NCBI GenBank assembly: GCA_049607525.1
Contig: JBMYWP010000011.1
Location: 2,110 to 66,109, forward strand
DNA length: 64,000 bases
Source of the DNA: Flavobacteriales bacterium
GTDB taxonomy: Bacteria > Bacteroidota > Bacteroidia > Flavobacteriales > CAJXXR01
Direction: 5' to 3'
Shown: in pieces, positions 28,070 to 37,644 of the stretch
Position numbering within the stretch: position 1 is the first letter of the stretch
Layout: each line of letters begins with the position of its first letter
Notes under the pieces: generated by a model
Seen by the model: only the letters and a program-made list of their open reading frames with translations
Database searches by the model: none
What the model was told of the DNA's origin: nothing
Translations under genes and position numbers: made by a program

Positions 28070-30589
28070 ATGAAAACAAAAATATATTTCCTTTTTTTAA
28101 TCATCAGCTTTAATAGCCTGAATTTAATTGGACAATCCGATACAACTTGGTACTCTAAATCCTACCAAAACTGCGTAAAAGAAAAAGCTACTTATTATCG
28201 TTTGCAATTTCCAGAATCGAATGGTTATTATAGAATAAAACAATATTTTTTAAATGGTGAATTGCACTTTACTGGAGTTTCAAAAGATAAACATAAAGAG
28301 GCATATGATGGTGAATTGAATATTTACAACTCAAAAGGAAAACATATAAAGACATTGTTCTATGAAAACAATAAACTACTGTGGCAAAAATCTTTTGATG
28401 GCAAACGTGTGTATGAAACAACTTATAAAGAGGATAAGCCCTATTCTGGTAAAATTTTTCAAGGAATAAATCAAATCTATTCTGTAGAATATAAAGAAGG
28501 TAAAATAATCAATGAAATCCGTTATTATTTAAAAAGTAAAAAGAAACGAGAAGTTTCTAATTATGAAAATGGTGTAATCAAATCTAGAGTTTATTACAAT
28601 CAAAAAGGTGAAAAAATAGGGCAATCCAATTTTTATAACAATCTAGTAAAAGAGGGTGAAGTTATTTATTTCCACGATGGAAAAGATGAACATGTTTTTC
28701 AAATTCATCACTATAAAAATTTTGATAATCTATATACAGATTACTATTATCATAATGGAAAACCTAAAAGTATTCTGACCAAAAATCCACTTACTCAAAG
28801 TTTCTTTTCTACAAGTGGTGCATTACTTGGGCGTTTAACATTTAAAGGAAGTTTAAACAATAAAATAAAAAACGATGGTACTTGGATTGTTTTTGGGACT
28901 ACAAAACAGAAAAGAGATCATATTGTAAGTAAAGAAGAATATAAAAATGGTAAAATTCAGAAATACCAAAGCTTTCATGATAATGGAAAACTACAATTAG
29001 AGAAATTGCACAATCCTTCAGGTTATGGATTATTAAAAGAAATTTCCTTTGATAAACAAGGAGATACGATTGCTGAATTAAATTATAAAAATCAGGAGCC
29101 ATGGAATGGTTTTCGAATCAAAAAAGGAAAAGAAACTTGGTATGAAAATGGTGCTTTGGTAAAAGAATATCAATATTTCCCTAAATCGGATACTATTTTT
29201 AGTAAACGAGACAAAAGAACAGTAAGCTATTATAATAAACAAAATGAGCTAATTGGACAACTGACCTTAAAAAACGACAAGGCCTACTATAGTCCACTCT
29301 CTGGTGTTAAAGTGACTTATTATAACAAACTTTTTTCCTTTTATCATTATAAAAATGGAAGTCTTTTAAAATCCAAAACTTTTACTCAAAACTATACAAC
29401 AAAAAAGGTTTTTAAAGAATTGAATGAATATGACCCTAAAAATCATTACACATTAAATAAATCCACTAAATATTATTCCAATGGAAAAATAAAAAGTGAA
29501 ACGTGGCATGAATCGACTTATACGAAGTTGAAATCTATTTTTTATGATATGGAAGGAAATAATATTGGAGAATATGATTATAAACAAAAAACAGGAACTT
29601 TAATTACTTTCTTTTCTACATCTGATCAAATCAAAAAAATAGAGAAAAAAGAAAATGATGTAAATTATTATATCAAAAAATATCTTCGAAACACATCGTT
29701 TACTGAGGACAAAAAGGAGGCCTTTTATTTATTTTATGAAATAGATAAAAACAAGGAAGCAATCTATTATTCTAAGCAAGGGAGTCCCCTTTTTAAGGTA
29801 AAATTTAAAGATAAACTTCCGTTTGAAGGTGCGTTTTTTGATGTTGAAAATTATACTGTAACAAATTATAAAAATGGTAAAAAAGACGGGGTTTTTACAA
29901 AATATTTAAATTATGATTTTCCAGAAATCATCCTAGAAACTGGTCAGTATGTGAACAACCTAAAAGAAGGAGAATTCAAACAATTTAAGGATGGTTTTCT
30001 AATCAAAACGACTTCTTATAAAAATGGACAATTCCACGGGAAATCAAAATTTTATAATAAAAATGGAGAAGTAGTTTCAGAACTTTCTTATCAAAATAAT
30101 AAACCATATGATGGAGTAGACGAAAGTACGAATAAGAAATCTTTTTATGAAAAAGGAAAACTTCTAAGACTTTTGTCTATAGATGATTATAAGGGAAATC
30201 TTGAAGAGATTTATATGACAGACTCTACACGTTATATCCAATACTATCCAGAAAAATCAACAAAGAAACTAGTGTATGTCATAAACAAAAACAAAGAGCT
30301 AAACGGATTGGTTACTCGATATGACAAGAACGGAAAAATCACGAATAAGGCTTGGTTTAAAAATGGTTATTTTTCTTCAGGTTCCATTTATTTGAAGAAT
30401 AAACAAAATTATTATAAAAAAGACTATGTTATTTTATATAAGGATGGGAATGAAATAAAAATTGAAATATATCAAAAAGATGGAGAGAAAACGTTTGAAG
30501 CAAAAGAATATGATGTTGATAATACCAGCTATTTAAAAAAGCGCTTTAAATACGATCCTTTAAATATTTCTTATAAAGATTTACTTTAG
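28070..30589 (+). CDS. secreted MORN-variant repeat protein (YwqK antitoxin-like repeats)
   Basis: ORF 28031..30589. I prefer the ATG at 28070 (MKTKIYFLFLIISFNSLNLIGQ signal peptide). Dozens of degenerate Y.NGk..G....Y..nG repeats, e.g. 'YKNGKKDGVFTKY', 'YVNNLKEGEFKQF', 'YKNGQFHGKSKFYNKNGEVVSELSYQNNKPYDG'. Confidence 0.7.
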   Translation: MKTKIYFLFLIISFNSLNLIGQSDTTWYSKSYQNCVKEKATYYRLQFPESNGYYRIKQYFLNGELHFTGVSKDKHKEAYDGELNIYNSKGKHIKTLFYENNKLLWQKSFDGKRVYETTYKEDKPYSGKIFQGINQIYSVEYKEGKIINEIRYYLKSKKKREVSNYENGVIKSRVYYNQKGEKIGQSNFYNNLVKEGEVIYFHDGKDEHVFQIHHYKNFDNLYTDYYYHNGKPKSILTKNPLTQSFFSTSGALLGRLTFKGSLNNKIKNDGTWIVFGTTKQKRDHIVSKEEYKNGKIQKYQSFHDNGKLQLEKLHNPSGYGLLKEISFDKQGDTIAELNYKNQEPWNGFRIKKGKETWYENGALVKEYQYFPKSDTIFSKRDKRTVSYYNKQNELIGQLTLKNDKAYYSPLSGVKVTYYNKLFSFYHYKNGSLLKSKTFTQNYTTKKVFKELNEYDPKNHYTLNKSTKYYSNGKIKSETWHESTYTKLKSIFYDMEGNNIGEYDYKQKTGTLITFFSTSDQIKKIEKKENDVNYYIKKYLRNTSFTEDKKEAFYLFYEIDKNKEAIYYSKQGSPLFKVKFKDKLPFEGAFFDVENYTVTNYKNGKKDGVFTKYLNYDFPEIILETGQYVNNLKEGEFKQFKDGFLIKTTSYKNGQFHGKSKFYNKNGEVVSELSYQNNKPYDGVDESTNKKSFYEKGKLLRLLSIDDYKGNLEEIYMTDSTRYIQYYPEKSTKKLVYVINKNKELNGLVTRYDKNGKITNKAWFKNGYFSSGSIYLKNKQNYYKKDYVILYKDGNEIKIEIYQKDGEKTFEAKEYDVDNTSYLKKRFKYDPLNISYKDLL

Positions 30590-30685
30590 ATAAGCAAGAA
30601 ATCAAATATCAATTGAATCAAATCAAATACAATCTCAATTTTATTTCATCACTCGGACTTACTATATTTAGTAAAAACAAACATT

Positions 30686-31315
30686 ATGAATTATACGATA
30701 CCCGTTATTGTCCTAGTAGTTTTTGCGATTTACTATTTGGTTGTTATTCCAAAATTAAAAGGAATGGGAAAATCAAAATATGAAGATTTTGAAAAAGCGA
30801 ATCAACAAAATAAAACGATATTTAAAGAAGAAATTCTAAAAGACTATTTTGGCTTTATTCAAGCGTTAGAGACAGAAACCATACAAAGCATGGTGCAATG
30901 TGAAAACGATCGTTCTTTAGGGGAAAAATCAACCGAACTATTAAAATCTGCAGGAAGAAGTGTGCTAAAACGTTCTATGGGCGGATCTTCTCGTGATGTG
31001 AACAAAACCTATTACCAAAGCTATTTGTTTTTTACGGATACTACATTAGTGTATAGAGAATTCTCGGAAGATGATTTTTCGCTAACCAAAGAAATGAGAT
31101 TTGACTTAAATGCCATTTCTGATGTTTATACAAAAGACAAAACAGCCCATAAAGAATTAGGATTTACATACAATAATGAAACAGTACAGTTTGATTTACA
31201 CCCTTATAGTTTTCCTTCTTTAAGTGGCGGATTTGGTAAAAAGTCCATCGAAATTGCAAACAAGACGCGTTTAGGGTTGGTCGATCCATTTATGGAGAAA
31301 ATTAAATCGCTCTAA
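30686..31315 (+). CDS. hypothetical N-terminally membrane-anchored protein
   Basis: 209 aa with a single N-terminal TM helix (IPVIVLVVFAIYYLVVI). No motif. Confidence 0.45.
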   Translation: MNYTIPVIVLVVFAIYYLVVIPKLKGMGKSKYEDFEKANQQNKTIFKEEILKDYFGFIQALETETIQSMVQCENDRSLGEKSTELLKSAGRSVLKRSMGGSSRDVNKTYYQSYLFFTDTTLVYREFSEDDFSLTKEMRFDLNAISDVYTKDKTAHKELGFTYNNETVQFDLHPYSFPSLSGGFGKKSIEIANKTRLGLVDPFMEKIKSL

Positions 31316-31371
31316 TGAATTTGTCACGAATTGTAGAAGTATTTTATCTCAACCTAATTTATTCTAAAAAG

Positions 31372-32619
31372 ATGAAAGAAGAATTACAGCAATTACAAGA
31401 CTATATCATATACTTACAAACCCGTGATTTGTACAATGAAATTGAAGAAACATTCGAAAAACAAGAGATACAATATTACGATTATATTGAAAAAATCACC
31501 TTTTTAGAAATCGATGGGTTATTTGATATTACCTGGTGGGCATCTGATTATGGAACTCGCTCGGACACGGAATCAGAAACTTATATACATGGAGATAAAA
31601 ACCAACATTGCCAATGTGGAAGTCCGGATAAATGCCTCTGCTATTATGAAGGAGAAGGATTGAATTGGTTGATTGATGTTTTGACAAAATATCCAGAAAA
31701 AGTGCGTAGTTTAAACTTTTCTGGTCCAAACTGTGGTGCAAACGGATTAAGAGATTGGGATTTAAGTCGATTGGTAAAAGCCAATAAAACATTTCCAAAT
31801 GTATCCTCATTTAAAGTTCAATTACAAGAAGTTGGTCATCATAATGCCACCAGATTGACCGATATAGATGTTGAAAACCCGGCTTTTGTAACCAGCATTC
31901 TCAAGCTATTTCCTAATGTTCAAGATATAGAAATTCCTTGTGTGCCCTGTGCCGATTTTTTCAAATTATCCTTTCCAAATCTATATCACCTACGTGTTCA
32001 AGCCAATGCTGAGAACGGGCATTTTATCAAAAATTTGGCTGTCTCTCCTCTTTTGAGTCAAATTAGCTTGGACTATACCGATAATCTTTACATTGAAGAA
32101 GAAGAAATTACAGATTATGGAAAGAAAATAAAAGCGGAAGAAGACTATATTAAGAATGCTGAAAACCCTGAAGAAGCCAGAAAAGAAATTCAAAAAAAAC
32201 GATTAAAAGAGTCTGGTTATTCTGATGAAGAAATTCGTTTTGAAATTGATCGCCCCAACCGAGAAGAATCTATTCCATTAATCCAATCTTTTTCTGACGA
32301 TGAACAAGAATTTAAAGATACCCTTGCCTTTTATGATGGCTTTCGTTGGGATGAAAACGGTGAAACCTTACCCGAAGAAGACTTTGAAATGGATGAATTT
32401 GAGATTAGCGAAACCTATGGTAAGCCAACGCCTTATGAGGATTATAAAACCTTTTTCAAATCCCCTTATTTAAAAGAACGAATGCATTTTACCCTTCGTG
32501 AAAGTCAGCTTACAAAAGAACAATTGTTTGAATTACAAAAATTAAAAGACATTCAGTTTTTATACGTTCCTACCTTTTCCGAATATTATGTAAGGCATAA
32601 AATGAAAGCATCAGAATAA
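31372..32619 (+). CDS. hypothetical protein with LRR-like core and a strongly acidic segment
   Basis: ORF 31315..32619. The ATG at 31372 (MKEELQQLQDY) is likelier. LRR-like 'VRSLNFSGPNCGANGLRDWDLSRLVKANKTFPNVSSFKV...FPNVQDIEIP...FPNLYHLRV'. A D/E-rich stretch lies at about 32090-32420. Confidence 0.45.
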   Translation: MKEELQQLQDYIIYLQTRDLYNEIEETFEKQEIQYYDYIEKITFLEIDGLFDITWWASDYGTRSDTESETYIHGDKNQHCQCGSPDKCLCYYEGEGLNWLIDVLTKYPEKVRSLNFSGPNCGANGLRDWDLSRLVKANKTFPNVSSFKVQLQEVGHHNATRLTDIDVENPAFVTSILKLFPNVQDIEIPCVPCADFFKLSFPNLYHLRVQANAENGHFIKNLAVSPLLSQISLDYTDNLYIEEEEITDYGKKIKAEEDYIKNAENPEEARKEIQKKRLKESGYSDEEIRFEIDRPNREESIPLIQSFSDDEQEFKDTLAFYDGFRWDENGETLPEEDFEMDEFEISETYGKPTPYEDYKTFFKSPYLKERMHFTLRESQLTKEQLFELQKLKDIQFLYVPTFSEYYVRHKMKASE

Positions 32620-32627
32620 CAGCCTAT

Positions 32628-34850
32628 ATGATAGAATTCTTTAAAATAAACGGTACAGATGTTGGTTTTGAAAATCACCCTACCAAAGGAACACATTTTT
32701 TACCAGGTGCTTTGGATAGTTTGGTTGAAATTAGAAAAGGGAAAATAAAAATCAATCTATTAACTCCCAATTTAGAATTAACGGATCAATTACATAATGG
32801 TTTATTGTCGGATGATTATTATGCCGATAAAAAGCAAATCGATTATTTAAGATTCTGTACCTATTCAGATATGGAAGTTCCCAATGCTGAATATGGTTCG
32901 GTAATACATTGTACTAAGTCGAAAACTGCTAACTCTGGCATTCAGGTTTATGAATTTCCTCGTGAAGTTTATTTTGAAGGGAACATTTTAGTTCAAAAAG
33001 GTTGGATAAAAATAGAGGGCCATTTGGTGTCTCATGATGATGAAGAACAAACCCTACCAATAGAGATTGTAAAGTGTTTTGAACCAAAAACATTATTACC
33101 CAATAGAAAGTCATTTTCTTTAGATGAAGCCAAAAAACAAGATCCATTAACTGTATATAATTTAGTCATAAAAAAAGGTGTTTTTAATGAATTTCCTAAA
33201 GAGATTTTAGGGTTTAAGAATTTAGAATCTTTAAGTTTTTATCAAGTTGCCCAAATCAATTTTCAAGCATTTCCAGATGAATTAGTCGATTTAACATCTT
33301 TGCATACTTTTAAAGTGAATACGCATTCCAACATAACAGAACTTCCTAAAAGCATCGGCAATTGGGAAAATATGGAAGATTTCACCTTATGGGGAAAACT
33401 AACCGCAATACCTAAAAGCATAAAAGATTGGAAAAACATTAGAAGTATTGATTTAGCGTATAATGAATTAAAAAGCATTCCAGAATGGTTATGCCAATTG
33501 CCAACTTTAAAAAGTTTAGATATTACCCAAAACAGCTTCGAAACATTACCAGAAGCTTTAAAGGGAATCCAAAATTTAAAATTAGAATTTTCAAAAAGAA
33601 GATTGTTTGAAGACTTCACCTATCTCTCAAAAAACACAAAAGAAGTTGATGAAAGTCTCTTTGATTTCACCGATTATGAGGAACTAAAATCTATTTTATC
33701 GGAAGAAATAGATGCAATCGAAGAACTAAAACTATTTAAAGACTTCTTCATTAAGGAATCTAGACCATCCATACAAGTTAATGCAAAAATTGTTCCTAAT
33801 CTGCCGATTGGTTCTTCTAAATTTGGAGGTTTACCTGATTTACCTTCATCAATAAATTACCCTACCGAAAAAGGAAAATATTATATTTTTCATGCCCAAA
33901 TAAATCTAAAGGACATTGCACATTTACAAGCCTATTTACCGGAAAAAGGGATGTTGTATTTCTTTGTAAACACCGAAGAATATGCCGAAAAACCTAAGAT
34001 ATTTTATCATCCAAATACAGATGATTTACAACCTTTTGTATTACCCCAAGAAGCCTGTTTTATAGATGATAATTACGAAATGCGAAAAGAATATGCTTTA
34101 AACTATTCCCAAAATATTGCTCTCCCCGATACATTTGACATTTGGAAAAAATTGGATGGCAAATGGTCTACATACAAAAACCTTCTCGAGTCGGATGAAT
34201 CAACTGAAATTTTAAATGATTTCGGACATATTTTAAGTGAAAACATTAACGCTCATTTTTTACCAAAGGTTAAGAAATCCTTTATTCTTAAAGATCAATT
34301 CCCAAAAGGAGAACATTTGGATAAAGCCCTTACTTCGGAATATGAATTAGAATTTGGCAAGAATAAAATCCATTTTAAAACCATACTAAATCAACAAGTT
34401 TCTGAATATGATTTTGCTATTATTGAGAAATCAGAATATCAAACCATTGCACAGCATCAGAGTTTTGGTTTAGTCCAAACCATGGTAATCAATAATCCAG
34501 TAACTTCCTTTGATAAAAAGTCTTTCACCATCGCCTATCAAGATGCTTATCATATAACCTCTCGTATATTCGAAGAAGTTTTTGTGGATACCCCTCTTGA
34601 AGAAAAAACCTTTCACAATGCTTTGGCTATGGGTAACTATCCTTTTTCTCAACAAGAAGGAATTGAAAGTTTTGCTGTTACCCAACACCGAGGCGAAGAA
34701 AAAGATTGGTTTACCTTACTTTCTGTAGACAGTTTTAATGTTCCGGATGTTTGCATTTGGGATGCAGGAACTCTAAGTTATGCTATCCACAAAAAAGACC
34801 TAGAAATATTAGATTTTTCTAAAGTGGTTAGTAGAATAGAGAGTTGTTAG
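32628..34850 (+). CDS. LRR + DUF1963 (YwqG-like) domain protein, paralog of 16074..18608
   Basis: 740 aa. LRRs 'FKNLESLSFYQ...LTSLHTFKVNTHSNITELPKSIGNWENMEDFTLWGKLTAIPKSIKDWKNIRSIDLAYNELKSIPEWLCQLPTLKSLDITQNSFETLP'. DUF1963 motifs 'GSSKFGGLPDLPSSINYP', 'LPEKGMLYFFV', 'TLLSVDSFNVPDVCIWDAGTLSYAIHKKDL'. Confidence 0.8.
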   Translation: MIEFFKINGTDVGFENHPTKGTHFLPGALDSLVEIRKGKIKINLLTPNLELTDQLHNGLLSDDYYADKKQIDYLRFCTYSDMEVPNAEYGSVIHCTKSKTANSGIQVYEFPREVYFEGNILVQKGWIKIEGHLVSHDDEEQTLPIEIVKCFEPKTLLPNRKSFSLDEAKKQDPLTVYNLVIKKGVFNEFPKEILGFKNLESLSFYQVAQINFQAFPDELVDLTSLHTFKVNTHSNITELPKSIGNWENMEDFTLWGKLTAIPKSIKDWKNIRSIDLAYNELKSIPEWLCQLPTLKSLDITQNSFETLPEALKGIQNLKLEFSKRRLFEDFTYLSKNTKEVDESLFDFTDYEELKSILSEEIDAIEELKLFKDFFIKESRPSIQVNAKIVPNLPIGSSKFGGLPDLPSSINYPTEKGKYYIFHAQINLKDIAHLQAYLPEKGMLYFFVNTEEYAEKPKIFYHPNTDDLQPFVLPQEACFIDDNYEMRKEYALNYSQNIALPDTFDIWKKLDGKWSTYKNLLESDESTEILNDFGHILSENINAHFLPKVKKSFILKDQFPKGEHLDKALTSEYELEFGKNKIHFKTILNQQVSEYDFAIIEKSEYQTIAQHQSFGLVQTMVINNPVTSFDKKSFTIAYQDAYHITSRIFEEVFVDTPLEEKTFHNALAMGNYPFSQQEGIESFAVTQHRGEEKDWFTLLSVDSFNVPDVCIWDAGTLSYAIHKKDLEILDFSKVVSRIESC

Positions 34851-34858
34851 AATAAAAA

Positions 34859-34883
34859 AAGAGGTTTCGTAATGAAACCTCTT
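34859..34883. terminator. bidirectional intrinsic terminator between convergent genes
   Basis: AAGAGGTTTC-gtaat-GAAACCTCTT is preceded by an A7 run and followed by ATTATTT. It lies between the stop at 34850 (+) and the stop at 34905 (-). Confidence 0.7.
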
Positions 34884-34904
34884 ATTATTTATTGTAATTT
34901 AATT

Positions 34905-36704
34905 CTATTGACCAATCGTTGTTCCTGATAAATCAAATTCATCGTCATCTACCTTAAACATAAATTGTGGGTCTCTACAACTTGTGAGTTTTCCAAAGTT
35001 ATATCGAAGATTTAAATCATTCATATGATGTGTTTCAGGAACATTTAAATTATAATTTATCCCAAATACCTCATTAGTATGAATTCCTGCAAAGGTTCCA
35101 TTACCAAGAAATACTCTTTTAACACCAGTTGTATATTTAATATTTATCTTCTCCTCTGGAATATTTGTATACATTGGATTATTTCCGAGTTTGAGATCAT
35201 CAATTAATACTGGGACTACATTTAAATTAGTTGCCGAAGAAGTCACTACCCAAGTAGGGAAAAAGGCATTTGCAAAATTCCCACCTTGTCCACCAATTGC
35301 TCCATTGTCCAGAACAGATTTTAATTGATTGTTGGTCGTAAAATAACTGATAACATTTCTTTGAGGTAAGTAACTATTAGGAGAGGTAAAATAAGCTACA
35401 TCTTTTGTATTGCTTACCAGTCTAGGTACTAATGGATGAAAACCTATTACGCAATGTAAACCAAAATCATTTTTTCGATAAAAAACAACTCCACCATGAT
35501 AACCATCAGCTACAATTAATTCTTCTACATCTGTATCTATTAAAGTTGGACTAGAAGAAAATTGATCGAAAGGCATTCCATAAAAATTCCCATTACTATA
35601 CAAAAAGTAAATATGATTTCTTTGATTAATTGAATGCGCTCTAATAATACCAATTTGTATGACTTTGTGTCCCGCAATTGTTGGTAAATTGGAATATAAA
35701 TTAATATTTTGATATCGATGAAGAACTCTTCCATCATCTAAAAGATAAAAAACACCATTATTATTTGTCATCCCAATTCCATAAATGTTAACGACTTTTG
35801 TTGGCGTATTTGTGGCAGAGTTAGTTGGCGTTACCAAACGTACCCAAGAATATTTTTCAGATCTTTCTGAAATAGGCACAGCCATCGAATTTATTTGTGT
35901 ATTGGATAAGCTTGTACAGTTTAAATCATCACCACAAAGTAGAGGTGCATTCCATGCTGTTCCATTAATTCCTGAAGTAGTTGAGGAAGTATTCACTAAT
36001 GCATTGGCTTCACTGTTTTGCCCTCTATTATTACAATACCACCATTGCTCACCGTTTGTAAATTCTACCAAAAAATAGACTGTACCAGGTAAGACCGATG
36101 TATTTACCCATGCTTCTTCTGAATTTTGAGCTGCAATAATTTTTGAAGGGATTAAAGAATTATTCCGAGGAGTGGATATTTTATGAGCGATACCATCATT
36201 ATAAAAAGAAGGAAAAAATATGGATTGAGGACCACTATATCCAGCAGGAAATTGAAAACTTCGATTAGAAATATTCAAATTATCTCTTCCAAAAACCCAT
36301 AATTCATCATTACTCGTAATTGCTATTGCATGTTCTAAACCATTATAGTGAGCACTTTCAACTTGTTTAGGATTTATTAAACCTGCATCCTCACAATTAA
36401 CAAAAGAAGCTGATGAAGTAGAGCCACCTCCTCCACCTGTTCCAGATGTATTACAAATATTTATCCATTCAGAATCATTATATACATTTATACAATTATC
36501 ACTTTCGTCATAAACCATTAGCCCCTCAGCTGGATCGTCAATTAGATCGGTTGAGGCCACACGAGGTGGTAAAAAACCTTTTTGAGTGGATTCTATATCC
36601 AATATTGATGACGAATGTGGATTTATAGTACCTATCCCTACTTGTGCATTTGAGCGAATAAAAGTAACTAAAACAATCATTAACAAGAGTATAATTCTAA
36701 ACAT
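34905..36704 (-). CDS. secreted hypothetical protein sharing its N-terminal module with 5048..6610
   Basis: ORF 34905..36779. I prefer the ATG at 36704 (MFRIILLLMIVLVTFIRSNAQ). 'QVGIGTINPHSSSILDIESTQKGFLPPRVASTDLIDDPAEGLMVYDESDNCINVYNDSEWINICN' parallels the N-terminus of the FG-GAP protein. A poly-Gly linker (GTGGGGGST) follows, then a large Asn/Ser/Thr-rich domain. Confidence 0.6.
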   Translation of the reverse strand: MFRIILLLMIVLVTFIRSNAQVGIGTINPHSSSILDIESTQKGFLPPRVASTDLIDDPAEGLMVYDESDNCINVYNDSEWINICNTSGTGGGGGSTSSASFVNCEDAGLINPKQVESAHYNGLEHAIAITSNDELWVFGRDNLNISNRSFQFPAGYSGPQSIFFPSFYNDGIAHKISTPRNNSLIPSKIIAAQNSEEAWVNTSVLPGTVYFLVEFTNGEQWWYCNNRGQNSEANALVNTSSTTSGINGTAWNAPLLCGDDLNCTSLSNTQINSMAVPISERSEKYSWVRLVTPTNSATNTPTKVVNIYGIGMTNNNGVFYLLDDGRVLHRYQNINLYSNLPTIAGHKVIQIGIIRAHSINQRNHIYFLYSNGNFYGMPFDQFSSSPTLIDTDVEELIVADGYHGGVVFYRKNDFGLHCVIGFHPLVPRLVSNTKDVAYFTSPNSYLPQRNVISYFTTNNQLKSVLDNGAIGGQGGNFANAFFPTWVVTSSATNLNVVPVLIDDLKLGNNPMYTNIPEEKINIKYTTGVKRVFLGNGTFAGIHTNEVFGINYNLNVPETHHMNDLNLRYNFGKLTSCRDPQFMFKVDDDEFDLSGTTIGQ

Positions 36705-37080
36705 AAATTGAAATTTTAAACAAAAAAAATCATAAATTGAACTGATATAGCAATAAGAATTTCGATGAAGCATTATCATAACCCTATCAATAGTATGTTT
36801 TTCGCGACAAGAAAATGAATAAGATCTAGACTTGAAAAATCAACATAAAAACGCTTTATTTATCTTGTAATATCACACCTTATTTAATCAATAATATTGA
36901 TTTTATTATATGTTTGTCATGATAAAACACGAAAACCTCTACATAAATATTTGATGATTCATTTATTATTTAAATAGACGCTTATATATTATTTCAGGAC
37001 ATTTAAAAATTATTTTCTGATTTTAAAATTATAACACATATATTCATTGTATTAAAAGTCCTTATGGAAACAATACAACA

Positions 37081-37632
37081 ATGAATACAGAAAAAACATT
37101 AGATTCAATCTATTCTTATTACCGAGAGAGAAATAAGATAAAAGAGGAAATGAGGAAGGACATCCAAGAACATTTTGGAGATGTGAATTCGGAATCCTTA
37201 AAGAAACTCAGTGAGGATGCCATTTCTGAAAAAGATGCAGAAAAAGTCAATTGTCTTGTGGAGCTCAGTCATGCATTTCATTATTCAAAGTATATTTTAC
37301 CCTGTTGGAATCAATTGTTATTGGAATCATGGCATCAAAAATACGAAGACATCATTCATATTATTCAAAGTATTGCTAGTCCAGAATCCATTCCATTTAT
37401 TGAAAAAGCCATGCAACAGAAATATGATTTTTTAGAATCTTATGGAACTGGAACCGGACAATTTATTAGTCAGTGTGGTCATGCTTTATGGTCCATTAAT
37501 ACTGAGGAAGCTATAGACGTTGTTAAAAAAATGAGTGAGTCCGAAGATCCTCTTATCAAAGACATCATGTTGTATCGATTAAGTAGAATTGAAGCTTGGG
37601 AAACGCCTCATCACCGAAATTTTGACCTATAA
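37081..37632 (+). CDS. hypothetical helical (HEAT-like) protein
   Basis: 183 aa, predicted all-helical. No specific motif. First gene after a ~375-bp AT-rich divergent intergenic region. Confidence 0.45.
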   Translation: MNTEKTLDSIYSYYRERNKIKEEMRKDIQEHFGDVNSESLKKLSEDAISEKDAEKVNCLVELSHAFHYSKYILPCWNQLLLESWHQKYEDIIHIIQSIASPESIPFIEKAMQQKYDFLESYGTGTGQFISQCGHALWSINTEEAIDVVKKMSESEDPLIKDIMLYRLSRIEAWETPHHRNFDL

Positions 37633-37644
37633 AAAAGAAGAGTT

